Assembly (NCBI GenBank): GCA_022710385.1
Contig: JAKLGZ010000004.1
Span: forward strand, 11,379-35,378
Length of the DNA: 24,000 bases
Direction of reading: 5' to 3'
From: Methanoregula sp.
Lineage (GTDB): Archaea > Halobacteriota > Methanomicrobia > Methanomicrobiales > Methanospirillaceae
Shown here one piece after another: positions 1 through 6,921 of the stretch (its first letter is position 1; each line of letters opens with the position of its first letter). Under the pieces are notes generated by a model that ran no database searches, was not told the origin of the DNA, and worked only from the letters and a program-made list of their open reading frames with translations. The translations under genes and the position numbers were made by a program.

Positions 1-110
1 AGGACGATGACACTTGCGGGGAGTATGCCGAGGTCCGCGAGGATGGCCGCGATGGCCACGGGATCGCCCGGCCGTGTGACGAGTGTTTTGTCCGGGAGGA
101 TAACCTGCAT
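1..110 (-). CDS. ThiS/MoaD-like (beta-grasp) small protein; 5' part only, continues past the window edge
   Basis: The reverse complement starts at ATG (108-110) and reads MQVILPDKTLVTRPGDPVAIAAILADLGILPASVIV..., open to the window edge. The pattern resembles small ThiS/MoaD/SAMP-type proteins. A TATA-like ATATAT at 142-147 lies about 35 nt upstream. It is absent from the ORF track because it is truncated. Confidence 0.3.
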   Translation of the reverse strand, partial: MQVILPDKTLVTRPGDPVAIAAILADLGILPASVIV

Positions 111-253
111 GCTCTGCTCTTCTGGTTTGCTCCCTGATCACATATATCCCATGGAGCAGGTCTGCATCCGTCACCTCTCGCCTTCAGCGCCGGGTAGAAC
201 CGCGGTTTGTTTGTAAACGATGCCATCACCTGTAGCTGCCGGAATGAGATTCC

Positions 254-259
254 TTTTAA
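254..259 (+). promoter_or_regulatory. Possible archaeal TATA box for the 286 gene (near-leaderless geometry)
   Basis: TTTTAA is centred about 29 nt upstream of the ATG at 286. No Shine-Dalgarno-like purine run lies between them. Confidence 0.25.
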
Positions 260-285
260 GAAGCGCCTTCGCATAGTGTAGTAAA

Positions 286-1956
286 ATGAGACGGCCGGTA
301 TACTGGATAGTCATTACCCTCCTCCTCTGCGTGGTCCTTGGGTGTGCCTCAGCAGAAGGGGGAAATGGCGGGGCATCAGCGCCTGGTCTCCAGGAGTACT
401 CCAGCGGCCAATCAACGGAAAGCCCGGCACCAGGACCCGATAGCCCGGTGCAGGAGGCGGAATCTTTCGGAGTATCAGGCACCGGAACGGGATACCCTGA
501 TGATCCGGGAGATCTCCAAGGGACCAGCATGGCTGATCCGGGGTTGGAAGAGGCAGGCAGCTCGACCATCGCAATGGGAGCAGATTCGACCGGTATTGGA
601 CCTGGGTATCAGGGAGATTTTTCAGCAGGACCTGGTGATGCTCCCAGTGCCCTGACCGGAGGCGGACCTGGCGATGCGGGTAGCGGATCGGACGATCATG
701 GCTTCTTCTCTTCTTCGGAGGATCACGGGCCCTTCTCTTCTTCCGGGGATTCCCCTGGGGAGGGATACCAGGAGGGTTCCGGAGGGGCATCCCCCCCCGG
801 TCCCGGCTTCATGGGTGGAGAGGATCCCGTACTCCCTGATACCGGTGACCAGGACGGGACCCCGTCTCCTGGAAGAGGGAATGGCGGCCTCCTTCAGAAC
901 AGAGGTTCTGGCACCGAGCCAGAGACCGGTATCCTGGAGGGGCATGGAGGAGAGAGCGGACCAAAACTCCCCCCAAACGCCCTGGCGAGGTCTGGTCCGG
1001 GTGACGGAGGCAGCGTGGTTCCCGGGCAGCTGCATGGATCGCTTGGTATTCTTGCCGCCTCTGCAGGAGGTGCGGGGGTGGCCTGGGCAGGACCCGAAGG
1101 TTCCGGGGAGCATTCAGCATCAGGCCCCTCCCCAGGAGCCCATGGACCTCACCGGCAGCAGCAGGGGATCCCAGTCCAGTATCCCTGCGGCCCTGCCCAG
1201 GCCACCCCGGTTATCCCTGACCAGGGGTCGAAGGCGACCGATACCAGGGAGGATACAGGCCAAAGAGCCCGATCGAAACGGGCACGGGTGTACTTCCCGG
1301 AAGAGGGTCCCGTTCAATCCCCTGTCAGCGCACCTCCCTCCTCCCCCATACCGCTCTTTCCCTTCAGCCTGCTGCTCTTCGGAGGGTATCGAAGGATCTC
1401 GAAGAAGAACGTGCTCGAGCATGGCGCCCGTCAGAGTGTCTTTTCTGCGATCTCCGCACACCCGGGCATTGATGTGCCCCTGCTGGCAGGAACTACCGGG
1501 ATCAATGAAAACACGCTCCGGTACCATCTCGTAAAACTGGTCGAGAGCGGGAGGATCACCTACCTGGTCAAGCCCGGAGTGATCCGGTACTTCCTCAACC
1601 AGGGATCGTATTCACCCGCCGAGCAGGTCCTGATTCATTACCTCTGGAGCGGGACGCCGCGGAACATCCTTCTTCTGCTCCGCTCCAAACCGGGATTGAG
1701 CCGACAACAGATCTCCGATATGCTGGGAATATCCGGTCCCTCAGTGACCCGTCACATGGAGCACCTTATCGATGACGGGATCATCGAGAACCGGTTTTTC
1801 GGGAGATCGAACCATTATTATCTGACGGAGGGGACAAAGGCGATCTTCGAACCGATGCTCTCCCGTATTCGTGCTGCAACAGAAGATGGCGAATCCCCCC
1901 TTGTGCTTCCCACACCGGGAGAAGGACCCTTGATCGAGCCTTCTCTCGTGTCTTAA
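286..1956 (+). CDS. Putative membrane-tethered transcription regulator: signal peptide/TM, ~330-aa Gly/Pro/Ser/Asp low-complexity region, short hydrophobic segment, two winged-helix (ArsR/MarR-like) domains
   Basis: The N-terminus MRRPVYWIVITLLLCVVLGCASA is signal-peptide-like. Residues ~25-350 are low complexity, including DHGFFSSSEDHGPFSSS. A hydrophobic PIPLFPFSLLLFGGY segment (nt ~1342-1389) is followed by RRISKK. Two wHTH-like units follow at nt ~1408-1830 (GINENTLRYHLVKLVESGRITY and LSRQQISDMLGISGPSVTRHMEHLIDDGIIE). An alternative GTG start near aa 335 cannot be excluded. Confidence 0.6.
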   Translation: MRRPVYWIVITLLLCVVLGCASAEGGNGGASAPGLQEYSSGQSTESPAPGPDSPVQEAESFGVSGTGTGYPDDPGDLQGTSMADPGLEEAGSSTIAMGADSTGIGPGYQGDFSAGPGDAPSALTGGGPGDAGSGSDDHGFFSSSEDHGPFSSSGDSPGEGYQEGSGGASPPGPGFMGGEDPVLPDTGDQDGTPSPGRGNGGLLQNRGSGTEPETGILEGHGGESGPKLPPNALARSGPGDGGSVVPGQLHGSLGILAASAGGAGVAWAGPEGSGEHSASGPSPGAHGPHRQQQGIPVQYPCGPAQATPVIPDQGSKATDTREDTGQRARSKRARVYFPEEGPVQSPVSAPPSSPIPLFPFSLLLFGGYRRISKKNVLEHGARQSVFSAISAHPGIDVPLLAGTTGINENTLRYHLVKLVESGRITYLVKPGVIRYFLNQGSYSPAEQVLIHYLWSGTPRNILLLLRSKPGLSRQQISDMLGISGPSVTRHMEHLIDDGIIENRFFGRSNHYYLTEGTKAIFEPMLSRIRAATEDGESPLVLPTPGEGPLIEPSLVS

Positions 1957-2114
1957 TTCTGGCAGCCCTTCCCTGAAAGCGGTGGGGCTGCTGCCTCTCC
2001 CTTGTGTAGCTTCCCCTTTGAGAAAAGGTTTGATAGCCCCTGCCGATTGACTGATGGAGACGGGTCATGGGGAATATGGTTATCCCGGACCCGGCTAACC
2101 AGGAGAAGACAGAT

Positions 2115-2687
2115 ATGATAAAGAAGATAGTGCTCTGTGTGGTCCTGGTCATGGTCCTTGTACCGGCGTTTGCTATGGCAGCCGGGCCGCAGGGCCAGGG
2201 ATCAGGAACTGCCCAGGGCAATTGCCAGCAGTTCCAGCAGCAGACTGCTACCCAGGAGCAGGTCGCACACCAGGTGCAGAATGTATACCAGGAACAGGTC
2301 GCAAACCAGGTGCAGACCTCCAGCCAGCTACAGAATAACGGGGAGGAACAGATGCTCCAGAACCGCATCTGCAGCCAGGAATGCGAAATGTCTCAGATGA
2401 TGAAGCAAAACCAGAGCCAGGTGCAGAAAGGATCTGCACTTGGTCTGGGGACCGGTGCAGGAGTGGGTGACCAGCGGCAGAACCAGACCCGGAACATGTT
2501 CGGGGAGATGATCCAGAACCGGACCAGGCTCCAGGATGGATCCTGCGGGAACTGCCCCACCCTGAATACAGGACTTACAGCATCTGCTGATCAGCTGCAG
2601 GACCAGACCCGGGACATGACCTGGGACAGGATTCGGGGCCGGCTCCATCTCCAGGACGGATCCTGCGGGAACTGCCTGAATAGTTGA
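2115..2687 (+). CDS. Secreted Gln-rich protein with a duplicated ~40-aa module ending in LQDGSCGNC; unknown function
   Basis: I chose the ATG at 2115 because AGGAG lies ~10 nt upstream and it yields the signal peptide MIKKIVLCVVLVMVLVPAFAMA. The mature part is Q/N-rich. It has two copies of Q(N/D)QTR(N/D)M...R..LQDGSCGNC, plus CSQEC and GNCQQ. Confidence 0.6.
   Translation: MIKKIVLCVVLVMVLVPAFAMAAGPQGQGSGTAQGNCQQFQQQTATQEQVAHQVQNVYQEQVANQVQTSSQLQNNGEEQMLQNRICSQECEMSQMMKQNQSQVQKGSALGLGTGAGVGDQRQNQTRNMFGEMIQNRTRLQDGSCGNCPTLNTGLTASADQLQDQTRDMTWDRIRGRLHLQDGSCGNCLNS
2529..2676 (+). repeat. Intragenic direct repeat: 28-nt copies at 2529-2556 and 2649-2676, one mismatch, 120 nt apart
   Basis: ctccaggaYggatcctgcgggaactgcc occurs twice in frame. 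Each copy encodes LQDGSCGNC. Confidence 0.85.
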
Positions 2688-3089
2688 AGATCGGTCCGGA
2701 TGCATCAATGGTGCATTCCCGGATGACCTTATTTTTGATGTTTGAAGATCTCGTCCGGGTATCACCCGTTCGTGGTCGTGTGGTGTTCCTTCCCTCTTCG
2801 CCTGACATACATCCATTCTCACCAGCATGTCAGGGGTCCCGGGAAAATAATGATGCAGTTTGGGATAGTATCAATTGCTGGCCTCATCAGGGATCATTCC
2901 AGCCTTCCTCACAGGTCAGGGGCCGTATTGGAACCGGGTAAGGGTGTTCTTGTGATGAAAACAATAACATGATCCTTTGAAGGCCACCAGCATTAAAGAT
3001 GAAAATTCCGGAGGCATTTCATATAAACCTCCTATGAGCCCCGATTTCGGGATACGGGCATAAATTATGAAAATTACGAGGTGCGTTTC

Positions 3090-3101
3090 CCATGAAAATT
3101 G
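3090..3101. repeat. Left copy of the 12-nt inverted repeat flanking the IS110 transposase gene
   Basis: ccatgaaaattg lies 12 nt beyond the transposase stop (3113-3115). Its exact reverse complement is at 4530-4541. Confidence 0.8.
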
Positions 3102-3112
3102 GGCCAGGGGGA

Positions 3113-4372
3113 TCAATCAGACAGGTCCAATCGGACAAGGTCCTGATTATGATCCCTGATGACCACTTCTGAAGCCTTTGATAGCAATTCAATAATTCTC
3201 TCTATCCCGAATGACTGAATCTTCTTCGGTAGTTTACGGAGTGTGACATGTTTAGAACGGGGGGAATCATCAACGAACATTTCATCGTGAACAAGAAGGT
3301 GCCAGGCAATCCGGAGCATTTTACGGGCTACAGCGACAATCGATTTCTTGTATCCCTTTTTCGGCAACAGTCTCTCGAAGAACGATCGAATCTTGCCCGG
3401 CGAGCGGATTGCGATATGCGCGATTTCTACAAGGATCCACCGGATGTGTCGAGATCCCTGTTTCGTGATTGCACCGGTTCGTGTAACATTAGCTGACTGG
3501 TACACTGCAGGGGTCAGACCTGCCCATTTCGCAAGTTTATCGGCATTCTCGAAATCACGAACATTACCGATTTCGGCGATAAGTGTTGAAGCTCCGATAA
3601 ACCCGACACCAGGGATCGAAGTCAGTATCTGAAATTCCCGGGATTTATCGGTCAATGATTCCCGGATATTCTCTTCAATCAACTGGACTTCATGAGTCAA
3701 ATCGTCCACGAGCTTCAGATAAGACTGGAGAAGGAAGAGCGTGTTCTGAGGAATTGTTGCAGGTAATGCAGCAGAAATCGCGGATGCTTTTCTCTTCTCC
3801 TTCTTGGGCAGCGATGCGATGATCTTCTCCAAAGATTCACCGTGTAAAATTCCTGTCAGAACAATTATTCCGGCTTTCCCAAACAGATCGCTGAATACCG
3901 ATGATAGCCGGATACTCGCCGCATCGAGGAGGTGGTGGATCTTGTTCTTCAATTCGGTCCGGTTCTGGATGAGCAATTCCCTGCTCCGGGTCAGGGACCG
4001 GAGATCATACGAGTCCCCCGAAAAGATTCGGGATGGTTCGATGAGCCCGTTCAGCTCCAACTGAGCGATCCACCGGGAATCGGTGATGTCTGTCTTTCTT
4101 CCCGGAATATGTTTGATGTGATGGGCATTTGCCACGGTAACCGGTACACGGTTTTCTAATACGAGATAAAGGGGTCTCCAATAATCGGCGGTTGACTCGA
4201 ATGCAACCGATTCACAGTGCTCCTCCAGAATCCATTTCTGTAATTCAAGGAGTGATTCAGTACTTTGTGGGAACCTTCTCGACTCGCTCTTGCCATCCCG
4301 ATCAAGAATCGTCGCTACCAGAAATGACTTATGAACATCTATCCCACAGACTTTTTTCATCTCTTTTGTCAT
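3113..4372 (-). CDS. IS110-family transposase/recombinase (DEDD N-terminal domain plus Transposase_20-type C-terminal domain)
   Basis: N-terminal motifs are VCGIDVHKSF, AFESTADYW and HIKHIPGRKTDITDSRWIAQL. The C-terminal motif is IPGVGFIGASTLIAEIGNVRDFENADKLAKWAGLTPAVYQSANVTRTGAITKQGSRHIRWIL. I preferred the start at 4372 (MTKEMKKV...) because AGGA lies 6 nt upstream. The ORF is open back to 4417. Confidence 0.9.
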   Translation of the reverse strand: MTKEMKKVCGIDVHKSFLVATILDRDGKSESRRFPQSTESLLELQKWILEEHCESVAFESTADYWRPLYLVLENRVPVTVANAHHIKHIPGRKTDITDSRWIAQLELNGLIEPSRIFSGDSYDLRSLTRSRELLIQNRTELKNKIHHLLDAASIRLSSVFSDLFGKAGIIVLTGILHGESLEKIIASLPKKEKRKASAISAALPATIPQNTLFLLQSYLKLVDDLTHEVQLIEENIRESLTDKSREFQILTSIPGVGFIGASTLIAEIGNVRDFENADKLAKWAGLTPAVYQSANVTRTGAITKQGSRHIRWILVEIAHIAIRSPGKIRSFFERLLPKKGYKKSIVAVARKMLRIAWHLLVHDEMFVDDSPRSKHVTLRKLPKKIQSFGIERIIELLSKASEVVIRDHNQDLVRLDLSD

Positions 4373-4529
4373 ATTATTCCTGTGGGCAGCTGATTCCTGC
4401 ACTCGGTAATTTCCCATCCGCGTTCTGACGACGCATCCGGGTGTTCAGGAAGGACTACTTTCATTGACAGGATTGATATCCTAAAAATTCCTTCAGTCTT
4501 GCTGCCCACAAAAAAGACTTAATTCTTGG

Positions 4530-4541
4530 CAATTTTCATGG
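4530..4541. repeat. Right copy of the 12-nt inverted repeat flanking the IS110 transposase gene
   Basis: caattttcatgg is the exact reverse complement of 3090-3101. Confidence 0.8.
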
Positions 4542-4598
4542 TTTGGGTGTGATTTGTTATTTCATGTGCGTTTCATTGGAAAAAGCAGGGTGAATGGT

Positions 4599-5942
4599 TC
4601 AGTAGCTCGCCAGGTTCGATTGAAAAGCATTCAGATGGTTCATGGATCCCTGCAGAAGGTTGTTGTACACGGTCCTGATATCATTCTTCTCTGTTGTGGC
4701 AAGAGCCTTGTTGAGGTCGGCAATATCGGTCTCCTCGACGAGTACTCCTGCCTTGAGTGCCTCGACCGGAGAGGCACTTCCCCGGGCGATCAGGTCATCG
4801 TGGAGGTTCTGAAGAACGGGGTCCGTGAACTCGCCCTGTGCCTTGCCTGCCGCTGGATCCGGTATACCATATCGGTCGAGGATGGTTTTCACGGAGTCCA
4901 TATGCACCTGCTCGCTCTGAGCGATGTTCGTGAATATAGGAAGGTTCCACCTGGCCCCAAGCGAGAGATAGACATCCCGGGCGAGTTTCTCCTCTTCCCG
5001 CATATAGGTCATCCAGTACTTCTCATCGTCGGTCAATGGGGTAGCCTGCCCTCCTCCGGCCAGCACCGTCGAAGAACCCCAAAACAACCAGCCAAACAAT
5101 CCCCGGTCGCTCTGTTCCTGCTGCCCCAGGGTGAGGAGCCGGTTCTGTTCCTGCGAGAGGGTCTGCACCTGTTCTTCAAGCTTCACCCGGACCTGCGGAT
5201 CGCAGTCTGAGCAGGTGGCAAGCAGCTGCTCCATCTCCTGGATTCGCTGCTGGTTCTGGTCGGCAGACTGGATCAGCAGCCCGGCCGCGTCCCTGTCCCC
5301 GCCAATGAGCTTCCGCATGAACGAACTCCGGGTGCTCATCTGCTGCTCTGCCTGGTAGGCAGCGGCAAGCGACTGGTTTATCTCTCCGGCCAGACGGGAA
5401 AGTTCAGGCCCGGCACCCCCGGTCACACTGCCGGCAATGGCGAATGTGGAGAGGGCAAGATCTACGTGCGCCTGGTCCCGGTCCTGGTCACGGGAGAGGT
5501 TCTGCTCCAGCTGGCTGACCTGCTGGAAGAACGTATCCCGGTCTTTCTGGCGGATGGTATCCGGACTGGTGGTTCCTTCGGTCGTATCGACCCCGGTCCT
5601 GCCCTGCGTCTGGTCCTGGTCCTGCCGGGTGATCTGGATCCCGGGCTGGTCAACCGTCTCCTGCTGGTTCCGCACCTGTTCTTCCTGGATTGTTTGTGCC
5701 TGGGGACCAGCCTGGCCGGTAGAGGACGTTGCACCAGTACCGGCCTCCCCTGATGCACCGCTGCCAGCATTATCGGTTCCACCTGATCCCCCTGAACCTG
5801 CTCCCTCTGATCCTGCTGACCCTCCCGAACCAGCTCCGTCTGCTCCAACCGATCCTCCGTTCCCCCCGGCAGCCATGACCGGGATGCTCAGTACGGCAAG
5901 AATGAGGAGGATCACAACAACTGCGGATACCTTTTGAATCAT
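4599..5942 (-). CDS. Secreted DUF2202 (ferritin-like) domain protein with a long Gly/Ser-rich and Gln-rich coiled N-terminal region
   Basis: The signal peptide is MIQKVSAVVVILLILAVLSIPVMAA. The C-terminal ~150 aa read DDEKYWMTYMREEEKLARDVYLSLGARWNLPIFTNIAQSEQVHMDSV...NHLNAFQ, which matches the DUF2202 pattern I recall. A palindromic TATA-like CTTATAAG at 5974-5981 lies ~35 nt upstream of the ATG. Confidence 0.8.
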   Translation of the reverse strand: MIQKVSAVVVILLILAVLSIPVMAAGGNGGSVGADGAGSGGSAGSEGAGSGGSGGTDNAGSGASGEAGTGATSSTGQAGPQAQTIQEEQVRNQQETVDQPGIQITRQDQDQTQGRTGVDTTEGTTSPDTIRQKDRDTFFQQVSQLEQNLSRDQDRDQAHVDLALSTFAIAGSVTGGAGPELSRLAGEINQSLAAAYQAEQQMSTRSSFMRKLIGGDRDAAGLLIQSADQNQQRIQEMEQLLATCSDCDPQVRVKLEEQVQTLSQEQNRLLTLGQQEQSDRGLFGWLFWGSSTVLAGGGQATPLTDDEKYWMTYMREEEKLARDVYLSLGARWNLPIFTNIAQSEQVHMDSVKTILDRYGIPDPAAGKAQGEFTDPVLQNLHDDLIARGSASPVEALKAGVLVEETDIADLNKALATTEKNDIRTVYNNLLQGSMNHLNAFQSNLASY

Positions 5943-6244
5943 ATTCCATCACGTGCTCATTGCTAGCAACTCCCTTATAAGGATGGGAAGAGAAAAATAT
6001 GATCCCTCTTTTCAAAAAATGGGTGATACCGCCTCTCTTACCGACAACGATATAACCGGACGCCAGACCCTGGCTCCCCAGTATGGTACTCAGGAATCTG
6101 CTCTCCGGGAAAATCCCTGATATCCCCTATTCAGAGCTTTGGAAGGTTGTTTGGCACCGTCAGGTACCTCATCCTTCCGATGAACCAGGGATGCCTGCGA
6201 TGGCAATGATGAAGGATTTTGCCAGAGCTACTACCCTAGGAAAC

Positions 6245-6570
6245 ATGCCGCGGAGGAGGGATAGGGGCATGAGATCCTCCCCGTCTGCGATGATATCCCC
6301 GGGGTTCCCGGAAATTTCGATATCCTGACCCTCCTGCGAAAGAAGATCCTGCCGGGTTCCTCCCACCGTATCTATTTCGATCATCCTTGGAAGATCGATG
6401 CCGGCCAGATGGCGGAGAAGATGGGAATGCACAAGACCACGCTGCTGGAACCTATCCCCAAAGCGGAGAGGCGATTGATCGGCATATCCTTGCACAGGTC
6501 GCATGAGCGGTCTGGTTCCACAATCCCGTCATCTCTGGGAGACAAGGGGATCATAGGAATATTTATCTGA
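6245..6570 (+). pseudogene. Decayed DUF134-like (HTH) gene, interrupted by at least one frameshift/stop
   Basis: Frame 1 from 6245 reads MPRRRDRGMRSSP... and stops at 6326-6328. The next frame (open from 6265 to the stop at 6568-6570) reads ...IPGVPGNFDILTLL...YFDHPWKIDAGQMAEKMGMHKTTLLEPIPKAERRLIG. Together they resemble the DUF134 pattern MPRPRK..R / ..L..DE.EA.RL.D.eGl.qeEAAe.MgVSR.T..R.L..ARkKvA. Prolines in the recognition-helix region and the lack of one open frame argue for decay. Confidence 0.3.
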
Positions 6571-6580
6571 TTATTCTGAA

Positions 6581-6596
6581 AAATAATAATATATTG
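6581..6596 (+). promoter_or_regulatory. AT-rich TATA-like element upstream of the abrB-like/hgcA/hgcB operon
   Basis: aaataataatatattg is the most AT-rich stretch in the region. It lies ~15 nt before the ATG at 6607 and ~35 nt before the ATG at 6625. A second candidate, aatatttatc, is at 6559-6568. Confidence 0.3.
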
Positions 6597-6606
6597 AAGA
6601 TCAAGG

Positions 6607-6921
6607 ATGATCAGGAATGAACGTATGGTGAAAAAGAAGCTTCACGAAACCCCGGCACCGTCCGCTGTATCCTCCCCTGATTGTGGACCTGGTACATGCT
6701 GTACCGTTGAAGCGGTCCTGAGTGTCGACGAGCGGGGGCAGATGGTGCTCCCCAAGGAAGTGCGGCAGAAAGCCGGGATTGCCACGGGTGACAAACTGGC
6801 ACTGATCAGCTGGGAACGAAACGGCGAGGTCTGCTGCCTCGCGTTGCTGAAAGCCGGGAATCTTTCGGGGATGGTCCAGGGAATCCTCAATCCACTCGTG
6901 CAGGATCTGAAGAATGAGTGA
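6607..6921 (+). CDS. Small AbrB/SpoVT-type (looped-hinge helix) protein with Cys-Cys motifs, first gene of the hgc operon
   Basis: VDERGQMVLPKEVRQKAGIATGDKLALI is a SpoVT/AbrB-type core. It is preceded by DCGPGTCC and followed by EVCC. The stop overlaps the hgcA start (ATGAGTGA, 6914-6921). An alternative start at 6625 (MVKKK) has AGGA 9 nt upstream. Confidence 0.75.
   Translation: MIRNERMVKKKLHETPAPSAVSSPDCGPGTCCTVEAVLSVDERGQMVLPKEVRQKAGIATGDKLALISWERNGEVCCLALLKAGNLSGMVQGILNPLVQDLKNE

Larger units (their letters stand above)
2990..4545 (-). mobile_element. IS110-family insertion sequence; ends approximate
   Basis: It carries one DEDD-type transposase gene and is AT-richer than its flanks. 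A perfect 12-nt inverted repeat is ccatgaaaattg (3090-3101) / caattttcatgg (4530-4541). The 9-mer ATGAAAATT also occurs at 2999-3007 and 3067-3075. GTGCGTTTC is a direct repeat at 3081-3089 and 4566-4574. The element sits in the spacer between the stops at 2687 and 4599. Confidence 0.7.

Noticed and set aside
7-216. 69-aa plus-strand ORF at the left edge
   Set aside because: It has no recognisable features. It is antisense to a more plausible truncated ThiS/MoaD-like reading frame that has a TATA-like box upstream.
314-1534. Multiple long ORFs overlapping the 286-1956 gene in other frames or on the other strand (314-790, 338-655, 622-1113, 674-1534, 809-1120, 1120-1527)
   Set aside because: They have Arg/Pro/Gly-rich nonsense-like composition with no motifs. 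They are the expected by-product of stop-codon-poor GC-rich low-complexity coding sequence. The 286 frame has the signal peptide and wHTH domains.
2684-2972. Small ORFs (2684-2941, 2742-2972 and minus-strand 2575-2808, 2328-2828) between the Gln-rich gene and the IS
   Set aside because: They overlap one another. I saw no RBS, promoter or motif support. The composition is not protein-like.
4554-5937. Plus-strand ORFs (4554-5210, 5131-5358, 5437-5937, 5466-5753) and the minus-strand alternate frame 5462-5848
   Set aside because: They are antisense or out of frame relative to the well-supported DUF2202 gene and have no motifs.
6169-6504. 111-aa minus-strand ORF upstream of the hgc operon
   Set aside because: It has no recognisable domain, start context or promoter. 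The opposite strand shows DUF134-like similarity across two frames, so this ORF is more likely an antisense shadow of a decayed gene.
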